Source of the DNA: Candidatus Levyibacteriota bacterium
Lineage (GTDB): Bacteria > Patescibacteriota > Microgenomatia > Levybacterales > UBA12049
DNA length: 64,000 bases
NCBI GenBank assembly: GCA_963722305.1
Contig: CAVRKE010000002.1
Coordinates: 40,566 to 104,565, forward strand
Reading direction: 5' to 3'
In this document: positions 56,822 to 64,000 of the stretch, one piece after another
How positions within the stretch are numbered: position 1 is the first letter of the stretch
Layout: each line of letters starts with the position of its first letter
Made by a program: the position numbers and the translations under genes
Notes under the pieces: model-generated
What the model was told of the DNA's origin: nothing
The model's database searches: none
Seen by the model: the letters and a program-made list of their open reading frames with translations, nothing else

Positions 56822-57488
56822 GATTATTTATTTCTTCTTCCTCGAGAATTTTGACTACCATTTGCCAATGCACTGCTACCGTATCGCCCTTTTTCAGATT
56901 TGGAGCTAAAGCTGGATTAAACGGAATTTGAGTTTTGATTTTACTAAGTGAATATTTATTGCTTGATTTTTTCAATGAATTAAGATTAATAGTTGTCTTG
57001 TTTTTCGCAATTGACCGAACCTCTCCCCATCTAATCATGCAATTGTTGATCGAATTAAGATTAAACGGTACTGCACCACTGGCTTTACCGACACCGACGT
57101 GTAAAACGTGAAATAAATGACTGGGGATAAATTGTTTAGGCTTTTTGAGTTTTAATTCTTCGATAAAAAAATCCGGTACTCCCTGTTTCTTAAAATAATC
57201 TAACAAAACCGAATAATCTTTGGCTTTGAATTTTTTGAGAAGCTTATTTCCCAACCAATAACTTTCAATTACTGGATAGGAAAACTTTGGACGTTTGGTA
57301 ATTTTAGCAATTGTCTGAAGATAAGGATGCAAAACAATAAACTTCGTTACTTCTTCCTCAACGCCTACACATGTACCCTTGCTGATGCAATTTTTGAACT
57401 TGAAAGTGGCTGTTTTTTTGCCACAATAACCCAACGCATTGGGTGGCAAGGAAAAGCGTGATTCCAATTGTAAAGCGGTGTCTTTCAC
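56784..57488 (-). CDS. Uncharacterised Lys-rich protein with an N-terminal four-Cys cluster (234 aa)
   Basis: GYCGKKTATFKFKNCISKGTCVG. Co-directional with, and overlapping or abutting, the 55412 gene. Confidence 0.4.
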   Translation of the reverse strand: MKDTALQLESRFSLPPNALGYCGKKTATFKFKNCISKGTCVGVEEEVTKFIVLHPYLQTIAKITKRPKFSYPVIESYWLGNKLLKKFKAKDYSVLLDYFKKQGVPDFFIEELKLKKPKQFIPSHLFHVLHVGVGKASGAVPFNLNSINNCMIRWGEVRSIAKNKTTINLNSLKKSSNKYSLSKIKTQIPFNPALAPNLKKGDTVAVHWQMVVKILEEEEINNLEYWTKKVLKNL

Positions 57489-57574
57489 CGAATAATGATA
57501 ATGCTTATGCTAAAATAAGTCCAGCACCTTTCTTGAAACGTTAATCCCAGTGTGATAGGCGGAATTTTGAAAAG

Positions 57575-57991
57575 GTGCTGGATAAATCAATGAATATTTA
57601 TGTTTTTGGTAATGTTGATGTGCCCGAGGATAACCTGGCTTTTATAGTTGCCGATAAACTCAGGGGTGCAATTCCTCAGATTAAATTTGTGAAAGTAAAA
57701 CCAAATGAGGACCTGCCGTTTATTGGCAAGAAGCGGGTTGTAATCTTGGATGCAATTGAAGGCATTGAAAAGATAACTGAATTGAAAAACGCGGATTTAG
57801 ACAAGTTGGTTTTATCTAAAAGCCTAACGGTCCATGATTTCGATTTAGGCTTCCAACTAATGTACTTACAAAAAATCGGCAAGCTCGGAGATGTCATGAT
57901 TATCGGTTTACCGCTGAGAAAAAAAATCAACTATTCGCGGGTCCAGTCTATCTTGAGAAAATTAGTGGCGCAGGACATGCAGGGGTCGTAA
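57575..57991 (+). CDS. Hydrogenase maturation endopeptidase (HycI/HybD-like)
   Basis: IYVFGNVDVPEDNLAFIVADKL, VVILDAIEG, LTVHDFDLG and IIGLP match the protease family pattern. Adjacent to the hydrogenase. Confidence 0.6.
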   Translation: MLDKSMNIYVFGNVDVPEDNLAFIVADKLRGAIPQIKFVKVKPNEDLPFIGKKRVVILDAIEGIEKITELKNADLDKLVLSKSLTVHDFDLGFQLMYLQKIGKLGDVMIIGLPLRKKINYSRVQSILRKLVAQDMQGS

Positions 57992-59232
57992 GCCCGGACG
58001 ATTTTCTCCGCCGCCAAATGAAGAAAGGCTTCATCTTTGTCTAAATTTTCGTTAAAATATTTTTTTAAGTCGTTTTCAATTGTAATTTGGTTTTGTGAAG
58101 TCGGAACGATCACATCGTAATCCTCAATCAGCCCTTTGTCGTTAATTTTTGCCATGTGGTATAAAGTGCCGCGGGGCGCTTCGACTACCCCGACTCCCGT
58201 ACCGGCCTGAGGCGCTTTTCTGACCGGTTGTTCGGCTGTAATTTTAATTGTTTTTAAAATATCTAGGGCATCATCAACGCACTGCAAAACTTCGAGCGCC
58301 TGCGCCAGATTATTGTGGTACAAATTATTTGACGGAAAGACTTTAAGATATTCTTCCACGTCCGCTTTCGTCTGTGGGTTGAGTAAATCTTTATTAAAGT
58401 TTACACGCGCCAATGCGCCAACCAGATAATCCTCCTTGCCTGCGGAAAAAACGTAGCCGTTTGACTCCGAATACGGAATAACCACTTCTTCTAAGAAACT
58501 TAAGAAATCTTTAGCTTGAATCCTTTTGCCGCCGGAACTAACCAAATCGCCCTCCAAAAAATCAAACTGTTTATCGTTTCTTAGATATAAATAATCGGAA
58601 TTTCTAACTAATGACTCTTTCCAGTCATAAAAAGTTTTTATCCCCCGCAAAACCTGCGGTCTGATTGCTTGGAGTTTGGCAATTAAATCGGGAAATTTGG
58701 ACGGGTCAGCTGTTCTTAAAAATCCGCCGACTGTCGGAAACGGCGCGTGAATGGCCGCCCCGATTACGACATTAGTTATTTCCGTCCCGACTTTTTTAAT
58801 ATCAAACGAGTCATGTAGCAGCACATGCCCGGGACTATCGTGGTCATCCGGAATATCCAAAATCGAATCAACGCCCAAAACATCCGGCAGAGTGAAAAAA
58901 TACAAATGCAAAGCGTGGTCTCTAATCATTAACCCGTCGTAGGCTAAACGACGCAGTAGTTTTGTCTGTTCGGAAACTACAATCCCCTCTGCCATTTCAA
59001 TCGCTTTAATCGAGGCAAAAAGATGGGCAACAGAACAGGTCCCGCAAATTCTGGATAGAAATGAAGGCACCGCAATAATCGGCTTTCCTTTGACAGCCTG
59101 TGTATAAAAACGCCTGTAGTCCTGGATAATGAATTTTAAGTCGCTGACCTTATCGTTAGCAACGGTGACTTTAAGTCCGGCCGAGCCTTCAATTTTGGTA
59201 ATGTTATCAATGGTAATTTCGCCTGAGTGCAT
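57931..59232 (-). CDS. [NiFe]-hydrogenase large subunit
   Basis: N-terminal RICGTCSVAH. C-terminal DPCMSCATN followed by a 9-aa extension (processing site). Confidence 0.85.
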   Translation of the reverse strand: MHSGEITIDNITKIEGSAGLKVTVANDKVSDLKFIIQDYRRFYTQAVKGKPIIAVPSFLSRICGTCSVAHLFASIKAIEMAEGIVVSEQTKLLRRLAYDGLMIRDHALHLYFFTLPDVLGVDSILDIPDDHDSPGHVLLHDSFDIKKVGTEITNVVIGAAIHAPFPTVGGFLRTADPSKFPDLIAKLQAIRPQVLRGIKTFYDWKESLVRNSDYLYLRNDKQFDFLEGDLVSSGGKRIQAKDFLSFLEEVVIPYSESNGYVFSAGKEDYLVGALARVNFNKDLLNPQTKADVEEYLKVFPSNNLYHNNLAQALEVLQCVDDALDILKTIKITAEQPVRKAPQAGTGVGVVEAPRGTLYHMAKINDKGLIEDYDVIVPTSQNQITIENDLKKYFNENLDKDEAFLHLAAEKIVRAYDPCMSCATNFLKIDWTRE

Positions 59233-59736
59233 TTAGATAATTCCGAAAAGCTTTAAGTATTTTTGTAAAATTGTCTGAAAGGTAGTGACGTTCATCGGAC
59301 AACCCGGCACTACGTCGTCAACCTTAATTACCTCGTCCAGCTTTTTGACTTTCTGATTGTAATTAAAATCCTTTAAGTACCTTTGGATTTTCTCGTTTAA
59401 ATCTTTGTCTACAAACTGGTTTCTGGTGGCCGAGGGCAGCCCGGTAACGGCGCAGGCGCCGATTGCCACGACGTATTTGGCATTGGCGCGGATTTTTTGC
59501 ATTTCTTCCTCCTGTTTTTGCGAAGACGCGGCCCCCTCGATAAACGCCACGTCCAAATTGGTCATGTCGTTTTTCGTCTTTAGAGCCCGCATGTATCTAA
59601 ATTCTACCACCTTTTTCCATTCATCCAAATTGTCGTTTAGAAGCTCCGTCAAAAGAATGGTCGAATCCTCACAACAGGTAAAACTAAACCAACCAACCAC
59701 TAATTTCTTTTTTTGAGAAGTTTGAACAGAATCCAT
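59233..59736 (-). CDS. [NiFe]-hydrogenase small subunit (NuoB-like fold)
   Basis: WFSFTCCEDS, GACAVTG and VPGCP cysteine motifs. Confidence 0.8.
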   Translation of the reverse strand: MDSVQTSQKKKLVVGWFSFTCCEDSTILLTELLNDNLDEWKKVVEFRYMRALKTKNDMTNLDVAFIEGAASSQKQEEEMQKIRANAKYVVAIGACAVTGLPSATRNQFVDKDLNEKIQRYLKDFNYNQKVKKLDEVIKVDDVVPGCPMNVTTFQTILQKYLKLFGII

Positions 59737-59795
59737 GCCGTAAATCTATAATACCAGAAATTAGCAGAGAAAAAAATGGTAGAATAGAAGTTGAT

Positions 59796-59999
59796 ATGTG
59801 TATTGCCGCTCCCGGAAAAGTAATTGCCATTGAAGACAAAAAAGCCCTGATTGATTATCAGGGTGAAACAAGATACGCCATGCTGGCCGATGAAAAGGTT
59901 AAAATTGGTTCCTATGTTTTAGTGCAAATGGGAATTATTATTGAGGTTTTAACTCAGAAAGAAGCTCGGTCCGCCGCCAAAGCCTGGAAAAGTAATTAA
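59796..59999 (+). CDS. hypC: Hydrogenase assembly chaperone HypC/HupF
   Basis: N-terminal MCIAAPGKVIAI. 67 aa. Confidence 0.8.
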   Translation: MCIAAPGKVIAIEDKKALIDYQGETRYAMLADEKVKIGSYVLVQMGIIIEVLTQKEARSAAKAWKSN

Positions 60000-60004
60000 A
60001 TTGG

Positions 60005-60391
60005 TTAATTTTTATCATCCATTTCATCCCAAGGACTTCCGAGCTGAAAAAAGTTTCCGTCGGGGTCGGCAAGAGTAGCAATCAACATTTTATCGTCCTT
60101 GTCTTCGGACATTGAATAAGGCTCGGCGATTACTTTTGCGCCTAAATCCTTAATCCTCTCAAACTCTTCTTCGACGGCATCGGTTTCAAAATTAAACATG
60201 ATGCGTTCGGGATTTTTACTTTTGCCGTTGACTTTATCATGCGGACCGATTGTTATCATTCCCTGCCCGACCGCAAAACTATAATATTCCTGGTCTGACC
60301 AGTCGGGATCTTTCTTGAACACTTTTTGATAAAAGTCGGCTAACTCTTTAGGCTTTTCGGAAAAAATGAGAATTGATTTGAAATCCAACAT
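60005..60391 (-). CDS. VOC/glyoxalase-family protein
   Basis: 128 aa with beta-alpha-beta-beta-beta-like segments. Weak. Confidence 0.5.
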   Translation of the reverse strand: MLDFKSILIFSEKPKELADFYQKVFKKDPDWSDQEYYSFAVGQGMITIGPHDKVNGKSKNPERIMFNFETDAVEEEFERIKDLGAKVIAEPYSMSEDKDDKMLIATLADPDGNFFQLGSPWDEMDDKN

Positions 60392-60466
60392 TATTTACTC
60401 CTTTCCAGAGGATTTTAGTTCAATTCTGAATACAACGCTGTTAGTTTTCTTACAAAATCTGAATTA

Positions 60467-60829
60467 TTATTTTAGCCCTTTTTGCAAGGCACGAAAACAT
60501 AACAGGGCGCAGTTGTGGCGGGCCGGAGTTATGGAAACCGGCAAAGTTTTGAGAACATCTTCATCTTTGATTTTACGAAGTTTTGAAAGCGTTTGATTTT
60601 TGATTTTTTCGGTGAAAAGCGAAGCCGAGGCTTTGGAAATTGCACAACCTTCGGCTGTAAATTGAACCGCAACCAGTTTGTTATTTTCAATTTTTCCCGT
60701 CAATCTTATTCTATCTCCGCAAGTCGTGTTTATTTCCGATACGTCGAAATCCGAATTTTTGACCGTTCCATAATTTTGCGGGTTTTGCCAATGCTCTAAA
60801 ATAATCTCCCTGTATAGTTGATCTTCCAT
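60467..60829 (-). CDS. sufU: SufU/IscU-like Fe-S cluster scaffold
   Basis: LYREIILEHWQNPQNYG, TTCGDRIRL, EGCAISKASASLFTE, RHNCALLCFRAL. Confidence 0.8.
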   Translation of the reverse strand: MEDQLYREIILEHWQNPQNYGTVKNSDFDVSEINTTCGDRIRLTGKIENNKLVAVQFTAEGCAISKASASLFTEKIKNQTLSKLRKIKDEDVLKTLPVSITPARHNCALLCFRALQKGLK

Positions 60830-60861
60830 AAATCTTTTTCTTATATCTTAAATCTTACGTC

Positions 60862-62073
60862 TTAAATCCTGAATATTCTTTTTACTTCCTCTATCCCTTT
60901 AAATAATTTGTCTGCGTCTTTTTTAGTGTTATAGATGGCAAAAGAGGCACGGACCGTACTCGAAACTCCCAAGACCTGATGGAGAATTTGGGCGCAGTGA
61001 TGGCCAGTCCTGACACAAATTTGTTGCCTATTCAGGATTTCGCCGACATCATGCGGATGAATATTGCCGATGTTGAAGGCAAAAACGGGCAACCTGTCTT
61101 TTGCGTTTTTGCTTCCGTACAAAGTTACATTTTTGGTTTTTTGGAAAAGCCGAAGGCAGTACCTGGTTAATTCTGCTTCGTAAGCAATGATTTTTCTGAT
61201 GCCGATTAAATTCATGTAATCAATCGCCGCTCCTAAGCCCGCCACTGCTTCCAGCCGACCTGTCCCCGCTTCAAACTTCTGTGGAGGAGGAGAAAAAGTG
61301 GCTTTTTCTTTAGTCACATTTTCAATCATGTGACCGCCGCTAAAAATCGGCTCAAGAATATCCAGCAATTCATTTTTTGCCCATAATACCCCGACTCCCG
61401 ACGGTCCATACATTTTATGGCCGGAAAAAGCCAAGAAATCACAACCCATCTTTTGGACGTCGACCCGAAGGTGCGGTATTGACTGGGCCGCGTCAATGAT
61501 AATTTTTGCGTTTGGACATTTTCTCCGCAAAATTGGAACAATTTCGGCAAGTGGATTAATTGTTCCTAAAACATTTGAAGCCTGGGTTAAAGAAATTATT
61601 TTTACCTTTTTAAAATTGAGTGATGAACGAAACAACGCTTTATAATCCAATCTAAAATCTTTATCTAGCGGAAGAAAAAATATTTTAAATCCTAGTTCTT
61701 CTTTTAATCTTTGCCAGGGAACGATATTGGAATGGTGTTCCATTTCCGACAAAACGACGATGTCTCCCCGCTGCAAGCGCTTTCGCGCGTAGCCGATTGC
61801 TACGAGATTTAGGCTTTCGGTGGTGTTGCTGGTAAAAATAACTTCTGAAGCATTTTTTGCGTGAATAAAATCGGCCACTTTTTGCCTTGTTCCTTCGTAA
61901 ATTTCGGTTGCCTCAACACTTAAATCATAAATGCCCCGGTGGACATTACTGTTGTATTTTGTGTAGAAATTCTGCACCGCAGCGATAACTGGTTTTGGCT
62001 TTTGCGCTGTCGCAGCGCTATCCAGATATACTAGATTTTTATGCGTCGTAAAAATCGGGAAGTCGTTTTTCAT
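60862..62073 (-). CDS. sufS: Cysteine desulfurase (SufS-type, class V aminotransferase)
   Basis: PLP lysine in SGHKMYGPSGVGVLW. Catalytic Cys region RTGHHCA. Confidence 0.85.
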   Translation of the reverse strand: MKNDFPIFTTHKNLVYLDSAATAQKPKPVIAAVQNFYTKYNSNVHRGIYDLSVEATEIYEGTRQKVADFIHAKNASEVIFTSNTTESLNLVAIGYARKRLQRGDIVVLSEMEHHSNIVPWQRLKEELGFKIFFLPLDKDFRLDYKALFRSSLNFKKVKIISLTQASNVLGTINPLAEIVPILRRKCPNAKIIIDAAQSIPHLRVDVQKMGCDFLAFSGHKMYGPSGVGVLWAKNELLDILEPIFSGGHMIENVTKEKATFSPPPQKFEAGTGRLEAVAGLGAAIDYMNLIGIRKIIAYEAELTRYCLRLFQKTKNVTLYGSKNAKDRLPVFAFNIGNIHPHDVGEILNRQQICVRTGHHCAQILHQVLGVSSTVRASFAIYNTKKDADKLFKGIEEVKRIFRI

Positions 62074-62633
62074 AGTTTTAATCTCCTTGCCTGTTGCTTG
62101 ATTGGCCCTTCGGGAAATTGCTCTATAAAACTTTCAAGAAATCCCTGAACAATTAATTTTTCCGCTTGGTTTTGCGAAAGTCCCCGCGACATTAAATAAA
62201 ATATTTCCGTATCGTTGACCCTTCCGACAGTAGTCGCATGCCCAGCCTTAACATCGTTTTCCAAAATTTCTAAACCCGGTACCGCTCGCCCCTTTGCCTG
62301 GTTTGATAATAACAGTAAATTGGCAGATAGCCAAGCACCTGCCCCCTTACTGCCTTTGGCAATTTTGACCAGACCGTTAAAATCAACGCTCGCGCTATCG
62401 TTGATTACACCCTTCACAATCACTTTGCTTTTGGTTGCCTGAGCCTGATGGTTAACGTAGATTTGAATTTTAACCTTATCCTCTTTTTTCCCCAAAAGCA
62501 ACATTAGAAAAGTCAGGCTTACCCCAACACCGGTAAGTTGAATGCTGTAATTAATCTCTGACTCTTCTCCAACCCACACCACGGGAAGAATCACTTCCTC
62601 GTTCTCTTTCTTAATTCTTAATTCATGATTCAT
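62070..62633 (-). CDS. sufD: Short SufD-like Fe-S assembly protein (SufBD beta-helix domain only)
   Basis: C-terminal GHATTVGRVNDTEIFYLMSRGLSQNQAEKLIV parallels the SufB/D C-terminus. Confidence 0.55.
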   Translation of the reverse strand: MNHELRIKKENEEVILPVVWVGEESEINYSIQLTGVGVSLTFLMLLLGKKEDKVKIQIYVNHQAQATKSKVIVKGVINDSASVDFNGLVKIAKGSKGAGAWLSANLLLLSNQAKGRAVPGLEILENDVKAGHATTVGRVNDTEIFYLMSRGLSQNQAEKLIVQGFLESFIEQFPEGPIKQQARRLKL

Positions 62634-62663
62634 AATACTTCGCTCGATTCTTTCGGATTTCGC

Positions 62664-64000
62664 TCAGCCCACCGCCCCTTCCATCGAAAGATTGATAAGA
62701 CGATTTAACTCCACCGCATATTCCAAGGGTAATTCCTTAACAATCGGTTCGATGAAACCATTAACTATTAGTGAAGTCGCCTGCGCTTCATTTAGTCCCC
62801 TCGACATTAAATAAAATAGCTGCTGTTCGCCGATTTTGGAAACCGATGCCTCATGCCCCAAGGTGACATCCTGCTCCTCGACAATATTGGTAGGATAAGT
62901 GTCCGACCTTGACTTTTCATCCAACAAAAGCGCATCACAACGGACAAACGATTTGCTGCCTTTTGCGCCATGGGCAATCTTAACCATTCCGCGGTAACTC
63001 GCCCTGCCGCCGTTAACGCTGACCGATTTTGAGGTAATGGTACTGGTCGTAAACGGCGCTAAATGAATGGCTTTCCCGCCCGCATCCTGGTACTGTCCTT
63101 TTCCGGCATAAGCCAGTGATAACAACTCCCCATGTGCTCCCTTTCCCGCCAAAATTAACGACGGGTATTTCATGTTAATTTTAGAACCCAAATTTCCGTC
63201 TATCCATTCGCCGACCCCGTCTTCTTCGATTCTCATCCTTTTTGTCACCAAGTTATAGACGTTTCCGCTCCAATTTTGGATAGTGGTGTAACGCACTCTG
63301 GCGCCTTTTTTAACAATCACTTCGACGACTGCCGCATGTAAGGAATCGCTAGTGTAAATCGGCGCCGAACAACCCTCGACGTAATGGACGTAACTGCCTT
63401 CTTCGGCAATAATCAGGGTCCTTTCAAACTGTCCGACCGCCTTGGCATTAATCCGAAAATAAGCCTGCAGCGGAATTTCCACTTTGACATTTTTGGGAAC
63501 ATATAAAAAACTTCCTCCGCTCCAAACCGCTGTGTTTAAGGCACTGAATTTATTATCGTCTGCCGGAACCAAACTGCCAAAATATTTCTTGATAATTTCC
63601 GGATATTTTTGGACCGCCGTATCCGTGTCGATAAAAATTACACCTTTTTTCTCCCACTGCGCTTTTAAATTATGATAAATAACTTCCGAATCGTATTGGG
63701 CGCCTACCCCTGCCAAAAAGTTTCTTTCCGCTTCGGGAACGCCGATCTTGTCATAAGTATCCCGAAGGTCTTTTGGCATCTCCAGCCAGGTTTTAAATTT
63801 TTTTCCGGTCGGGCTGTTGTAGTAATAAATGTTCTTGAAGTTTAATTTGGAAAGATCCGGCCCCCAGCTTGGTAGTTTTTTCTTTTCAAAAACTGCATAG
63901 GCATTGGTTCTTATTTTTGTCATCCAGTCCGGTTCGTTTTTGTAATGGGAAATTTGTTCGACGATTTTTTTACTGATGCCTTTGGGGGTTTTGAAAACCG
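62664..64000 (-). CDS. sufB: Fe-S cluster assembly protein SufB (N-terminus runs beyond the right window edge)
   Basis: C-terminal SufB core. The frame stays open upstream of the annotated Met: ...KGISKKIVEQISHYKNEPDWMTKIRTNAYAVF matches the SufB N-terminal RNEPEWMLEFRLNAY region, so the gene is partial. Confidence 0.8.
   Translation of the reverse strand, partial: VFKTPKGISKKIVEQISHYKNEPDWMTKIRTNAYAVFEKKKLPSWGPDLSKLNFKNIYYYNSPTGKKFKTWLEMPKDLRDTYDKIGVPEAERNFLAGVGAQYDSEVIYHNLKAQWEKKGVIFIDTDTAVQKYPEIIKKYFGSLVPADDNKFSALNTAVWSGGSFLYVPKNVKVEIPLQAYFRINAKAVGQFERTLIIAEEGSYVHYVEGCSAPIYTSDSLHAAVVEVIVKKGARVRYTTIQNWSGNVYNLVTKRMRIEEDGVGEWIDGNLGSKINMKYPSLILAGKGAHGELLSLAYAGKGQYQDAGGKAIHLAPFTTSTITSKSVSVNGGRASYRGMVKIAHGAKGSKSFVRCDALLLDEKSRSDTYPTNIVEEQDVTLGHEASVSKIGEQQLFYLMSRGLNEAQATSLIVNGFIEPIVKELPLEYAVELNRLINLSMEGAVG

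Noticed and set aside
1-64000. CRISPR array, rRNA or tRNA genes
   Set aside because: No regularly spaced direct repeats and no convincing tRNA cloverleaf or rRNA signature were seen in any intergenic region.

Overview
The gene content of this 64 kb window resembles a small-genome, Gram-positive-like fermentative bacterium, probably Patescibacteria/CPR; that assignment is an inference from gene content, not a search result. The window is densely coded, uses several TTG/GTG starts, has overlapping genes, and is low in GC with two GC-rich patches. Main blocks, left to right: (1) a PurR-like winged-HTH plus phosphoribosyltransferase regulator with a palindromic operator over its own promoter. (2) A GNAT gene. 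(3) A possible riboswitch/attenuator leader in front of an ECF-type transporter (S, A and T components). (4) A GT-C membrane glycosyltransferase. (5) A GC-rich Pro/Ala/Thr low-complexity gene next to a complete IS1595-family insertion with 22-bp terminal inverted repeats and an 8-bp target duplication. (6) Lon protease with a CIRCE-like half-site in its promoter. (7) A soluble MgtE-N/CBS sensor protein paired with an NRAMP-related transporter whose metal-site motifs are altered (NRMT-like). (8) A ~9 kb Csc-like cell-surface cluster: three WxL-like proteins, two DUF916-like proteins (one fused to LytR_C), a sortase and an LAxTG-type substrate. (9) A ~13 kb glycan-assembly locus led by an excisionase-type HTH gene. 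It holds a GT2-GT2-Wzx fusion, two GT4 genes, a DegT aminotransferase fused to a GT2, two further GT2 paralogues and two GT-C membrane transferases, and contains three homopolymer-associated frameshifts. (10) Secreted hydrolases, including a GH16 lipoprotein in a GC-rich island. (11) Two adjacent surface proteins built from a previously unrecognised ~48-aa N/T/S-rich repeat. (12) pyrD, an acyltransferase, HAD and GNAT genes. (13) A fermentative module: ADP-forming acetyl-CoA synthetase fused to an FNR-like reductase domain, a 2-oxoacid:ferredoxin oxidoreductase alpha/beta pair, a second FNR-like protein and a ferredoxin. (14) An uncharacterised two-gene operon. (15) A minimal [NiFe]-hydrogenase with its maturation protease and HypC. 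(16) A SUF Fe-S cluster (sufU, sufS, sufD-like, sufB, the last running off the window edge). No rRNA, tRNA or CRISPR array could be supported.
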